From contig CAVUWD010000008.1 of NCBI GenBank assembly GCA_963745025.1, positions 1-64,000 of the forward strand: 64,000 bases of DNA, read 5' to 3'. Below, in pieces: positions 38,340-48,650 of the stretch. The position numbers and the translations under genes are program-made. This stretch comes from an uncultured delta proteobacterium. Lineage in GTDB: Bacteria > Desulfobacterota > Binatia > JACPRU01. The number at the start of each line of letters is the position of its first letter. The stretch's first letter is position 1. A model generated the notes under the pieces. It had not been told where the DNA came from, did not search any database, and saw nothing but the letters and a program-made list of their open reading frames with translations.

Positions 38340-38660
38340 TCATGCCGCTGCAGACCCTTCCGGTGCTTTCACGCCACGGGCGAGCATGCCCTAGTGCATC
38401 CAGACCACCATGCTCGGCGCGCGAACACGGACTTCGTCACGGTCACGCAGACGGTGCTGTTCCGCGGTGCCGGCATGGAGGGCGTAGCCGCAATTCGCCG
38501 CGCTTGCGCTCATCGGCAGCGTTGATGTTCGTCGCGCTTTCGCAGGATCTTCGGATCGATGGCATGAGGGGCGACTCAGCGCGAGTTTGATGCGCGCGCA
38601 CGCTGCGAGAGAAGCGTGCAAACCATCCCGAGGGAGTGCTAGAGCGACGGAGGATCTGCG

Positions 38661-39074
38661 ATGAGGGAATCCAGAGAACATCTGAGATGGCTCCCGCTCG
38701 TGGCGCTGCTCTTCGTCGGCGGCGCGGTCCAAGCAGTGGCCGAGGAGCAGTTGCCGCCCCCGACTTGGGGGAAAAAGCTTTTTGTGCGGCACTGTTCGGC
38801 GTGCCACGGATCGGACGGGCGTGGGGCCGGCCCCGCAGCGGCCGCTCTGAAGACGGCGCCTCCCGACTTGACACAGCTCCGCCGAACCCATGAGGGCAAG
38901 TTCCCCTTCCTCCGGGTCGTGGAGTTCATCGACGGCGAACGCCCGGTCCCGGCGCACGGATCTCGTGAGATGCCGATCTGGGGACACGTCTTTCGCTGGA
39001 AGGAAAGCGACACCGGCGCGAGGGCTCAGGTCTATGCGCTCGCTCAGTACATCGAATCGATTCAACAAGAGTAG
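38661..39074 (+). CDS. Mono-heme c-type cytochrome
   Basis: Signal peptide, CSACHG, PPDLT, HGSREMPIWG. Confidence 0.9.
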   Translation: MRESREHLRWLPLVALLFVGGAVQAVAEEQLPPPTWGKKLFVRHCSACHGSDGRGAGPAAAALKTAPPDLTQLRRTHEGKFPFLRVVEFIDGERPVPAHGSREMPIWGHVFRWKESDTGARAQVYALAQYIESIQQE

Positions 39075-39643
39075 GCCGCTTCTGCGAAGACGCGGGCGAG
39101 GCCATGATCAACCTCTTCGTCGCCGGACTACTTCTGCCGGTCACGCATCTCGGAATTTCCAGCTCGGCGCTGCGAACGAGAATCGCCGCGAACGGGACGC
39201 TCGAGGTTTCGGCCGCGAACCGCCCCACTGCCGACCGCGCCGGCGTGCCTTCTTGGCGTCGAGCAGCGGCGCGCCGGTCAACCCGAGCGAGCCGACACTC
39301 CCGAACGAGAGCACGCTCGCGAGATCCCTCGTGACGGCGATGTGACCCACCGCCCAGAGGCCGACCTCCCAGAGAAAGGGGTTTCCTGTGACGCCATGAT
39401 TACTCGCCGACCGAACCGCGTCAAGGGGCAGCCGATTGATCCGGCGGTGCTGTTCGCGCGCCGCGGCCTAGGGGCCGAACGACCGGCGGTTGAGCGGACG
39501 GCGGTCACCACCGTTTGCATCAAGTAGGATGCTGCCCGCCGGTCGCTCATTGGTCCTATATCGAATGACGATCACGACTGTGCTGTAATTAACGAGGTGG
39601 CTGGAAACATCGAAGAGGAGCTCGCCGCTCAAAGGACCTCCGC

Positions 39644-40553
39644 ATGACTGCGCCGCGCACGCCACGCGTGGGACTTGCACTGGGCAGCGGCTCCGCCCGT
39701 GGCTGGGCGCACATAGGCGTCATCCACGCGCTGGAGAAGGCAGGCGTTCGTCCAGATATCGTGTGCGGAACATCGATCGGCGCATTGGTCGGTGCCGCCT
39801 ACGCGGCAGGTGAGCTGGATCGCCTCGAAAGCTGGGTACTTGAATTGAGAATCGGGGACGTGCGTCGGGTTCATGGACGTAAGCCTGAGCGGTGGAGTGC
39901 TCAAGGGCGATCGTCTGATGGGATTCTTCCGCCGCAATTGGGCAGACCGTTCGATCGACGAGCTCGGTGTGCCGTTCGGAACGGTCGCGACTTCGCTACG
40001 TACGGGGGCGGAAGTCTGGCTGCGCCACGGCTCGACCCTCGACGCCGTGCGCGCCTCGATCGCCCTGCCAGGGTTATTCGCCCCCGTGCGATGGGAAGGA
40101 TCGTTGCTGGTTGATGGCGGTCTGGTCAACCCTATACCGGTGTCGCTGGCGCGCGCGATGGGCGCGGATATCGTGATCGCAGTCGACCTCGGGTCCGACA
40201 TCCTGGGCCGCCGATTTCGCGCGGCCTCGGCACCGGAAGCGGCGGCCGGCGCCGTTCCCAACTGGATGCGCAAGCTAAAGGAACACCTCAGCGCGCTCGC
40301 ACCCGAGAAGTCGCCTGACGAACCCGCAATGCCCTCGATCCTCGACGTCCTGACCACATGCATGGACATCGTTGAGGTGAGGATTGCCCGCAGCCGCATG
40401 GCTGGCGAGCCACCGGAGGTGGTTGTCGCACCACGGTTGGCGCGCCTTCGGCTGCTCGATTTTCACCGGGCGAAGGAAGCGATTGAGGAAGGTCATCGCG
40501 CGGTGGAGCGAGTCGCTCACAATCTTGCTGTGCTCAACGATCATGCATTGTGA
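39644..40553 (+). CDS. rssA: Patatin-like phospholipase, RssA family (one indel)
   Basis: [26 protein letters not shown]. Confidence 0.88.
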
Positions 40554-40632
40554 CCGCGGCAATCCGGAACTGCCGCGTGCGATTTCGTGATGATCCTGAA
40601 ACAAGCGACCATCATCCGTGTCGGAGAATGAA

Positions 40633-40659
40633 ACCACGAAGAACGCGAAGTTCACGAAG
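40633..40659 (+). repeat. Three degenerate 9-bp units nnC(A/G)CGAAG
   Basis: accacgaag aacgcgaag ttcacgaag. Confidence 0.6.
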
Positions 40660-40668
40660 AGAACAAGA

Positions 40669-40735
40669 ACCTGCCCAGGGCGGAGGCCGGGCACGAAGGC
40701 GCGCCAATAATGGTACTTCGGCCCGACTCGTCGCG
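40669..40735 (-). pseudogene. glgX: Short glgX remnant
   Basis: KYHYWRAFVPGLRPGQV versus [17 protein letters not shown] in the full glgX. Confidence 0.6.
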
Positions 40736-40808
40736 CGATAGAACGGATCAAACCACTCGGGACCGGCCCGCGTAACCATGGCCTCTGCGCGGGCCAGCGC
40801 CACCTACG

Positions 40809-41633
40809 CTATCTCGAGTAATCGATCAGCTCGGTAGTCGTGACGGTGCTCATCCCGGGTGCGCCGCGTGTGCCAGTGCCCGCGCGATTCGTGCCGAGAT
40901 CGCTCATGCCACCCGTCTCAGCTTTCGCCTCCGCCTTCACCATCCCAATACCCTTGACCAGCCAGTATGTGGAAGTCGTGTGCGTTGTCATGCCGGACAT
41001 CGTCGCGGCCGGCTGGTTTCCGTCGTTTCTGTTCACCTCGGGTATCGGTGTGCCAATTTCGTTTTCGGCGGTGATCTTCAGCGCCTCGAACGTCCCGGCG
41101 GGAACAGTCACTGACTCTGTACCGTCCACCTTATGGCGCGTCTTTATGTCGAAGATCAACGGTTCCGTGCTGGCCATCTCGATCGTCTCAGTTGTCTTCC
41201 AGGTGTAGCCAGCCTTCAGCTTCAGCGCGGGCGGCAGGAACGAGCCGGAGTGCCTCACGAACTTCACATCCGTCCCCTCGCGATCCTCTCCTAGCTTCGT
41301 GAAGTCGAGTGAGATCGCTCCACCGTCGCAATCGACCTCCATTTGCAACTTCTTTGCCGGCTCGCTTTTGTCGTGCATCCACGCAATCGCGACAGTCGCC
41401 TTGTCCTTATTGACGCTCTCGACTTTCCAAATCGACTCGTGGCCATTGGAGGACTTGTAGTGACGGGTGAGGCCCTTCCTCAGCGGCAAGTAAGGATGAT
41501 CACAGGCGGCGTCTGCAGCAGGACCCGAGAAGAGCGCGGCGGTGACGAGAACAACGGACGTGAACAACAGTCGCACGATACCTCCAATCTTGCGTGTCCG
41601 AGGAGGGCGAGTGCGGGCCCGCGCTCCCGGCAA
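40809..41633 (-). CDS. Secreted beta-rich protein with VTVPAGTF motif (TapB/DUF3108-like); start uncertain
   Basis: Signal peptide, HPYLPL, ESVTVPAGTFEALKI, YWLVKGIGMVK. Confidence 0.7.
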   Translation of the reverse strand: MPGARARTRPPRTRKIGGIVRLLFTSVVLVTAALFSGPAADAACDHPYLPLRKGLTRHYKSSNGHESIWKVESVNKDKATVAIAWMHDKSEPAKKLQMEVDCDGGAISLDFTKLGEDREGTDVKFVRHSGSFLPPALKLKAGYTWKTTETIEMASTEPLIFDIKTRHKVDGTESVTVPAGTFEALKITAENEIGTPIPEVNRNDGNQPAATMSGMTTHTTSTYWLVKGIGMVKAEAKAETGGMSDLGTNRAGTGTRGAPGMSTVTTTELIDYSR

Positions 41634-42813
41634 AAGTGGTTGTAACTCGCTTGCGCGCGGGCGGCGTCTTGGGTCGCGAGCGCCGCGTCGCGCTGGACGG
41701 GGTCACGGCCTTTCTCATCTCAAGCTCGGCAACGTTTCTCCAGGTGCTTTTCGCGCCGTCTCGCGCGGTCGGCTATGTCCCTGAGTGGGTACCGAAAGCC
41801 TTGGCAGCTAACACGCATGAGCGCGTCGGCGGCATAATCCGAACCACAGGCTCCAAGCAGATCGCCTTGTGGCTGCGCGACGGCCTGTCTTCTCATCTTC
41901 GCTACCTGGCTTCTCGTGTTCGAGAGCTGACCCCCATTCGCCAACGGCATGATCGGCCATCATCCCCTTACGATTTCGTCCAGTATATACCGTGCTTGAT
42001 ATTTTCGACCCAAACGCGGCCAGCCGAGTCCTGGAATCGCCTATAACTCCATTGGCAGCCTTCATCGAGGAGTCGTCCGGTGACGGTACTTCCCAACCGT
42101 CCTGACACAGTCCGGTTTTGCGCAACTCCGGGTGAGTCGGCTGATCGGGAGTTCGGCCACTTGGCCAGATTGTAGCATTCCTGCTCTTTCGCTACTCGAT
42201 CAACGGACTGGGGATTGGTGGCAGAAGGTTTCGCCATCTCTTCGCTGGGTAATGCTGCGGGCAGCCGTGCCTGAGAACCGCGCCAGATCACCGCGTCAGC
42301 CGGGGGGCCTGGCCCTTGTTCCGCTGCCCCAGGCCGATCGACGGGTCGAACGCGGTGCGCCGCTCCTACTTCAGCGGCGAGGTGCAACAGCTGGACGAGC
42401 ACGAGCGTCTCGCCGCGCGCCAGTTCATGCTCGAGCAGCTCGAGCGCGCGGGAGTCACCGAGGTCGACCCGCCTTTTACCACGCCGGCGCGAAGCGAGTC
42501 GCTTGCTTGCCGTCGTCGTAGTGCTTCGTGATCGCGCCGATCGAGGTCTTGCTCGCCGAGGGAGCCCGAGCGCGAGTCGGTGCGCATGATCCTGCACGAG
42601 ATCGGGCACGCGATCTCAGATCTGCCGGTGCGCGAGTCCGGCAAGTCACTCGCTCGGCTCGAAGCGGACGGCACTGTTCCAGAAACCTCGGGGCGTGAGC
42701 AACACGCCGAGTCAAGGCGTTGTCCTGTCTTTGTCTACAAGAAACGAAAGAGGCACCGGGCGCTATCTGTTAAGATAGCGCCCGGCTCTTCTTGTTCCGC
42801 CAAGTCGAGATAC

Positions 42814-43029
42814 TTAGATCGTGTCATGGTCGGGACAAGGCGCATCGGGCCGATGGGCTTCCGGCGATCTCTGCCCACGGAGAACCTTCCGAACGTTCTC
42901 AAGCGACCACGGCCTCTGCTGGAGCGTCTGCCAGCCGTTCTCGTTGAGGCGGCTTGCGATATCGGCCGGGGACAATCCTGCGGCCCCGAGCTCGCGGATG
43001 ATGCGGTGAACGTATGCAGATAACAACCT
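42814..43029 (-). pseudogene. C-terminal tail of a second large serine recombinase
   Basis: IRELGAAGLSPADIASRLNENGWQTLQQRPWS versus ARKLAAQGLRPCEVGRRLNELELFTKTGRPWT in 46522-48375. Confidence 0.65.
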
Positions 43030-43687
43030 ACTGTTCTGGGTACTCTCCCCACGATCTATATGCGAAGTCCACGGTTACGTCATGCAAGTTGCTTACCCTG
43101 GCGGGCGTGCTGCGCAGATCCGGTGCCCCGGGCTGAACCTAAAGGGTGGGCCTACCTGCATTACGCTGCCGGCGGGGCCTCTTGAACGCAGCATCGTCCC
43201 GTTGGCCCTGGCGCATCTGACGCCGGTCGGCATCTCGATTCTTCGCCAGGAATGGGAGGATCGAAAGAGGGGGAACAAAGAGCTGGCGGGCCTATCGGCG
43301 GAGACGCTCCGCCTGGCGAAGGAGCGGCTCAAGCGGACACGGCTTCTCTTCCTCGCTTGTGATCCATCCCGATCATCGAGAAGCCAATGCCATCCTTGAA
43401 ACTGAGCTCGACAACCAAGCTGCCGAAGTAAGACGGCTCGAAGAGGCTGTTCAAGACGATCAAGGCGAGCGTCCCGATTCCTTCAACGGGGCGGTGTGGA
43501 ACGAGATCGAACGCTTGTGGTCTAACGTAGCCGCGATTTGGGCCGCGTCCACGACGACCGTTGCGGATCGAATCGAGTTACTCGCAGCAATAATGGAACG
43601 CCTGGTTGTGCGACGGGATCGAGAGCGAATTTGCGGCACGATCGTGTGGCGAGACGGCACAGCAGGGACGCCTTTCGAAGGCAGGTT
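43030..43687 (+). pseudogene. Zn-ribbon/coiled-coil part of a second large serine recombinase
   Basis: ICEVHGYVMQVAY..RC..PTC..LAHLTP..CDP..LETEL..IWAASTTTVADRIELLAAIMERLVV..IVW parallels the intact recombinase. Confidence 0.7.
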
Positions 43688-43768
43688 TCATCGTGACCGA
43701 AAAGCGTCGCCAACCCCTGTCCCACAAGGCTTTCAGCAACTCACCCGCCCTTCACGAGCACACACACT

Positions 43769-44570
43769 TTGGAGAAGACCCACTGCAGATGGGAGGATCC
43801 GGTGGGTCTGAAGGAAAAGAGCGCGGATGTAGGACGAGCGCCCGCGCCGAGAAGAGCCACAACAGGGCGTTCCGACCTGATTGAACGGCTATCGCGCGTC
43901 GGGGTCTTCGGCATTGGGTCAGCCGGTCCGCCAGACGCTTCTGAGCTGCAGGAGCTCATACGCGAGGTCGAGACGGCCCTAGTTGAGCAGCCGACCCTAG
44001 AACTCCGCTATCGGCTTGCGACTGCGATCATGACATACGTATTCTTTCACGTCCGAGGGGACGCACGAGTACTTTGGCTGAATCGCGCAGACGGACTCTT
44101 GCGACAGGCCCTCGCGGAGGCCGAGCGCCTCGGTTCAGCGTCGCCGGTTGCGCTGCCAGAAGTCCGCGCCGTGTTGTCGCGGCTTCTCGTGGAATCGCCG
44201 ACCGTCCGCGATCTGGCGACAGCGGAGAAGCAGCTGCGTGCGACCTGGAAAGAGACGACTGAGTACCGACCGGAATTGTGCTCGCTTGTAAGTGCCGTCT
44301 ATAAGCAAGGGCGCTATGCCGAAGCCGCGGAACTGGCGCTGGAACTGCACCAAAGAGCCACAAAAGACAGCGAGTGGTGCGACAACCCGCCGCCCGCCGC
44401 TACAGCTCGCAGTTAGTGCACTGCGAGCTGAGGTGAGACGACTGAAGAAAGCAAACGACGCGCGGGCTGCCCGAGCTGTCTCCGAGCGACTCTGTCGTCT
44501 GCCCTATGCGAGTGACAATGATCGGAGGATCCTCGAGCGACTTCGCGTGGAATCTCCGGCAACGGCCTGA
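43769..44570 (+). CDS. Hypothetical alpha-helical (TPR-like) protein, one apparent frameshift
   Basis: Amphipathic helices, VYKQGRYAEAAEL; continues in ORF 44292-44570. Confidence 0.5.
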
Positions 44571-44938
44571 ACGTGCCAAGTGGGTCGCGTGAAGCTTCGG
44601 AGCCACGCCCAGCCACGACCCGAGGCTATGACGCTCAAGCCTACGATACGTTTCGAGCGCACTTCAATTAGACCAAGCTCGCTGAGCTCGACATAAACCG
44701 CGCTTCTGGATGGTCGTCTCCAGGATGATTGACAGCCAGCGTTTTCTCTTCTGCTCGGCCGAGCGTGCGATTCGGTTCGATCGAGAGCCCGATGTGTCTC
44801 AACAAAGAACGTCCTCACTTGCCCGAGATGCCGACTGCGAGAGCCATTAGATCATTCGCAGTCAAACTGTGAGCATCGTTCATACTGAGTGCGCACTACC
44901 TCCAAAACCGCTCTTTCATTGCGCCGCGCAAACTTTAG

Positions 44939-44967
44939 TAAACAAAAACCATTCGCTGCGCCATAAT
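44939..44967 (+). promoter_or_regulatory. Putative sigma70 promoter
   Basis: TAAACA-17 nt-CATAAT in an AT-rich patch. Confidence 0.5.
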
Positions 44968-45002
44968 AGTAGATAGATAGGACCGAAGGCCGAGGTCTGT
45001 CT

Positions 45003-45046
45003 GAAGCCCCGGGAGGAATGCTCCTCTCCGGGGCTTTTTTTCTTTC
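45003..45046 (+). terminator. Intrinsic terminator/attenuator-like hairpin 1
   Basis: aagccccggga..tccggggctt followed by a T-run. Confidence 0.7.
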
Positions 45047-45095
45047 TCGGCCACAACAGGTCGCCGCCAGAGGGCGAGCGATCGGGAGGTGAGTC

Positions 45096-45251
45096 ATGTC
45101 CAGAGTCGTTTGGAAGAGAGTCGGAGAGGTAGTGCTGGATGTCCTTGTGGTGGCGGTGGTCATCGTGGCGACTGCCCTCGTAGAAAAGCTCGCACGAGCG
45201 GTGGGCGACTTCGGCTCCGGTGGTGAGATCGATGAAGGAGAGAGACCGTAG
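45096..45251 (+). CDS. 51-aa single-TM small protein (absent from the ORF track)
   Basis: SD GGAGGTG; MSRVVWKRVGEVVLDVLVVAVVIVATALVEKLARAVGDFGSGGEIDEGERP*. Confidence 0.6.
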   Translation: MSRVVWKRVGEVVLDVLVVAVVIVATALVEKLARAVGDFGSGGEIDEGERP

Positions 45252-45329
45252 GCCCACCAACCGTGCACCAACGTAGCAGCGACGATCGGTGAGCGCTCAC
45301 GCACTCACCGATTGCCAGGTCCACCAACC

Positions 45330-45371
45330 GAAGCCCCGCCGGGAACACCCCGCGCGGGGCTTCTTCTTTTC
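45330..45371 (+). terminator. Intrinsic terminator/attenuator-like hairpin 2
   Basis: gaagccccg..cggggcttc followed by ttctttt; same stem as hairpin 1. Confidence 0.65.
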
Positions 45372-45388
45372 GCAATCCGGAGGTGCGA

Positions 45389-46141
45389 ATGCGAGTAACC
45401 CTTGTTCGAAAAAGCGCGAACCGAAAAACCGGGTCCATCCCAGTCTCGATGAGCCCGAAATCGACTTGTCCTTTGACCTGTCCACTTCGGAGAAATGGCT
45501 GCTACGCCGAGCATGGCCCGGTCGGCTGGCATTGGAAGCGGCTCTCCCTTGGCGACACCGGCATCAGCTGGAAGGCATTTCTGGAGAACGTCCGACACCT
45601 ACCGAAAGATACGCAATGGCGCCACAACGTCGCAGGGGATTTACCCGGCCGCGGCGACAAGATCGACACGGAAAGACTCGCCGAGCTCGTCGAGGCAAAC
45701 CGCGGTCGGCGAGGCTTCTCGTATACGCACAAGCCTGCGCTCCCCGAGAACCTGGCGGCCATACGACGAGCGAACCGCGCGGGATTCACGATCAACCTAT
45801 CGGCCGACAATCTGGCCGAAGCCGACGAGCTCGCCAGGAAGAACGCGGGCCCGGTCGTCGTGATTCTTCCGGCCGACGCGGCTTACAACCACGTCGAGCG
45901 GACGCCCGCGGGGCGGAAGGTCATCATCTGCCCGGAGAGCTACCGCAACGACGTCACCTGTGCTTCCTGTCGGCTCTGCGTAGACGCGAAGCGCGAGACG
46001 ATCATCGGCTTTCCCGCCCACGGGCCAGGATTTCGAAAGGCCGAACGCGTGGCGCTCGCGGGGAAGGGAGGTGACAATGCCCTACGCGTCCGTTTACCGG
46101 ATTTCCCTGGTCCGCGACGGACGGCTACCGTACAAGACTAG
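45389..46141 (+). CDS. Cys-rich mobile-element protein (DUF7227/gp88-like, possible Fe-S protein)
   Basis: SD GGAGGTG; SANRKTG, CPLTCPLRRNGCYA, WRHNVAGDLP, FSYTH, GFTINLSA, CPE..TCASCRLC..IIGFPAHG. Confidence 0.7.
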   Translation: MRVTLVRKSANRKTGSIPVSMSPKSTCPLTCPLRRNGCYAEHGPVGWHWKRLSLGDTGISWKAFLENVRHLPKDTQWRHNVAGDLPGRGDKIDTERLAELVEANRGRRGFSYTHKPALPENLAAIRRANRAGFTINLSADNLAEADELARKNAGPVVVILPADAAYNHVERTPAGRKVIICPESYRNDVTCASCRLCVDAKRETIIGFPAHGPGFRKAERVALAGKGGDNALRVRLPDFPGPRRTATVQD

Positions 46142-46319
46142 GCAGTCGAATGACGTCGCGCACTGCGTGAGGCCGCCTTTGAAGGGCGTCGACCGGGAGC
46201 AAACCGAGATTACGCGCAGGCTTCGCCGGGGGGGCGACGTTATCGGCGTTCGCGTTTTGGACGACGTAATCATAGGCGCCGATGGCCATCGGAGCTTCGT
46301 TGGCGCGGGCTACTGCTAA
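46077..46319 (+). pseudogene. radC: RadC/JAB remnant with internal deletion
   Basis: YRISLVRDG..VDRE joined directly to EITRRLRRGGDVIGVRVLDDVIIG; the HNHPSG metal motif is missing. Confidence 0.7.
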
Positions 46320-46456
46320 TCCGAACAACCGAACGCAGCCGCAGACGACCGAGCTTCCGGTTCAGCATCAAAGTTTCCGCCTGAATCGATCAATCGATCC
46401 CGTCTCCGTCCCGCCCGCCACATCTCCAAGTCTCGTCCTTCGGCTTTCCATCCATG

Positions 46457-46500
46457 ACCGGCAGCAGCGCGAACTCTATACGGCTCGCGTTGCTGCCGGT
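46457..46500. repeat. 16-bp inverted repeat just downstream of the serine recombinase stop
   Basis: accggcagcagcgcga-12 nt-tcgcgttgctgccggt. Confidence 0.75.
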
Positions 46501-46521
46501 CCCTCCTTCTTTTTTTGCTTC

Positions 46522-48375
46522 TTACTGCAGAAGCGGACGGTCCGTATCGCTGCCTGGAGCGGCAACGCCGGTAGGTGGCTTTAGTGTGTTGACTTTCTTG
46601 TTCGTCACATGGCGCAGGAGCTGCGAGGCTGTCCCTGCCGTCCACGGTCGACCTGTCTTGGTGAAAAGCTCTAGCTCGTTTAGTCGACGCCCGACCTCGC
46701 AGGGGCGGAGACCTTGCGCGGCAAGCTTACGGGCCTTCCGTTGAGTGAACGGTGGAAGAAGGATTGTGAGTTCGTGGTCCGGCTCGTCGTCGACCCACTT
46801 GATCCGGAGGCGGATTGTCTCGTTCGTCCGCTCGAGGACTGTGACGCGCTCGACCAGAGCACGGATGACTTCCTTTCGCTCCTCATTGGTGGTCGTCTCC
46901 GCCATGAAGATCTCGAGGAGCTGGTCGGCGATCTCAAGAAGGCGGTCGAGAGCGGTGTCGTCAAATTTCAGGATCTCCTGTCGCTCATTCTCTACCGCCA
47001 GCTTGACCTGCTCGCGATTGTCTTTGACCTCTCGCAAGGCCTGCTCAAGCTCCTGGACCACCTCGACGTTCGTCGGGTCGACGATCCTCACTCTGTAGCG
47101 GAGCTCCTCAAGCTCCCTCTCGAGGGCGTTCATTTGCAACCGCCGCAGGTGCTCCCCCGCGGCGAGGTCTCGCCGTGCTCGGTCAAGCGCTTCGCGGAGA
47201 GCATTCAAGCGCGGAGCCGTGAGGCGTGCGAGAACGGCGTCTCGAATGGCCGGATCCACCCGTCGGGCGGGTACGCTGACGCAAGACCGGCGGCCGCGGT
47301 CTCGCTCGCCCTTACAGTAGTAGGCGGGCGCCCGGACGCAGTCAGTCCGAGCATCGCCGTAATGGATCATCATCCGCCTGCCGCCTTGCGTGCCGACATG
47401 AACGGGGCAGTCGATGAGCCTCTCTAGGAGGGCCGCGCCGCGGCCAGCGGGTCGACCGTCGCCCTTCTTTGTATTGTCGTCGAGGATCTTCTGTATCTCG
47501 AACCAATCCTCGGTCGAAACGTAAGCCTCGTGATGCCCTTCGATGACAATGCGCTCTTCCCGAGGGGTCGGGATGCGACGAACCCGCCCACCCGGCGTCT
47601 TTCTGGCCGGATCGATTTGCGATTTTCCGAATTCGTACGCGCCCGTATAGGAGAAATTGCGATAGATATCGAGCAACAGGGACTCATTCGCTTCTGTTGG
47701 CCCCTTCCTGCCAGGGAACCGCATACCGAGGTCGTTGAGCGCACGGATCGTTTTCCCCACGGAACGGAGCTTGAGGATCAACTGGAACGCGGTCCGCAAG
47801 GACAGCTGAACCCACGTTCTCGGATCCAAGGCCCAGGTCTTCTGCATGTAGCCCATCGGGGAGCGGGTGACTGACTTTCCCGCCTTGGCTTTCGCGACCC
47901 GCCCCCGGCGCATCGTCTCGGAGCGATAAGACGTGTCGATGTCCGAAACGACGGCCATGAGCTTCGCGTAGACCAGATGCCCCGACACGCGCATGTCGTA
48001 GACGCGGCCATCGAGGGCCACGAGCACGTCGAATGCGGCACAGATGTTGAGAAGGTGAAACCAATTTCCTGCTTCGCGTCCGAGGCGCGTGAAGTCGACG
48101 GCGATGAGGATCCCGACTTTGCCTTCTTGGATCAGCTGTATGATCCTCTGATAGCCCTCCCTCAGAGCCGTTGTTCCCGACACTCCGAGATCCTCGATGA
48201 CGAGAATCAGAGTCTCGATCCACCCCCAGAGGAGGGCGTACCGCTTTTGATTACGCTGTGCCTCCGTGCTGCCGGTATTATTTTGAACCTGGAACTCCGT
48301 GCTCTGCCGGACGTAGACGATCGCGAGACGATTCAGATGCTGGTCCTTGATTTCTTGAGGCCTCGATTCGGGCAC
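46522..48375 (-). CDS. Large serine recombinase (resolvase + recombinase + Zn ribbon)
   Basis: AIVYVRQST (catalytic Ser), EDLGVSG, TRLGR, YTGAYEFG, GHHEAYVS, CPVH..YYC..C, coiled coil. Confidence 0.92.
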   Translation of the reverse strand: MPESRPQEIKDQHLNRLAIVYVRQSTEFQVQNNTGSTEAQRNQKRYALLWGWIETLILVIEDLGVSGTTALREGYQRIIQLIQEGKVGILIAVDFTRLGREAGNWFHLLNICAAFDVLVALDGRVYDMRVSGHLVYAKLMAVVSDIDTSYRSETMRRGRVAKAKAGKSVTRSPMGYMQKTWALDPRTWVQLSLRTAFQLILKLRSVGKTIRALNDLGMRFPGRKGPTEANESLLLDIYRNFSYTGAYEFGKSQIDPARKTPGGRVRRIPTPREERIVIEGHHEAYVSTEDWFEIQKILDDNTKKGDGRPAGRGAALLERLIDCPVHVGTQGGRRMMIHYGDARTDCVRAPAYYCKGERDRGRRSCVSVPARRVDPAIRDAVLARLTAPRLNALREALDRARRDLAAGEHLRRLQMNALERELEELRYRVRIVDPTNVEVVQELEQALREVKDNREQVKLAVENERQEILKFDDTALDRLLEIADQLLEIFMAETTTNEERKEVIRALVERVTVLERTNETIRLRIKWVDDEPDHELTILLPPFTQRKARKLAAQGLRPCEVGRRLNELELFTKTGRPWTAGTASQLLRHVTNKKVNTLKPPTGVAAPGSDTDRPLLQ

Positions 48376-48554
48376 GATTGGTTCCTCCTTTCGTTCTCGA
48401 GCACCTTGACTGCGAGGCGAGCGAGGAGCCGCTCTGCTCGATTGAGCGCCTCGCTCCCCAGAGAGGGTTCTGCTGGTGGTGCCGGAGCGGAGCTCTTGGT
48501 CCGCGCCCGGGCTCGCTTGGATGGATCCATCGATTCACCTCCTGGAAGAAGCAA
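48333..48554 (-). CDS. Small hypothetical protein overlapping the recombinase start
   Basis: EALNRAERLLARLAVKVLENERR helix; contains the AGGAGG SD of the recombinase. Confidence 0.4.
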   Translation of the reverse strand: MLLPGGESMDPSKRARARTKSSAPAPPAEPSLGSEALNRAERLLARLAVKVLENERRNQSCPNRGLKKSRTSI

Positions 48555-48650
48555 AGAGCGGAAGGGTCGCGCGCCGACGCCGAGGCGCCAGGCGTACCTC
48601 TCCCGCCCGTGTTCACCGAGAGTATGGCGCGCGCGCCGGGGATCTTTAGG

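Noticed and set aside
42316-42680. HEIGH (HExxH) metallopeptidase-like fragment
   Set aside because: Short broken ORFs with no further supporting motifs; no family can be assigned.
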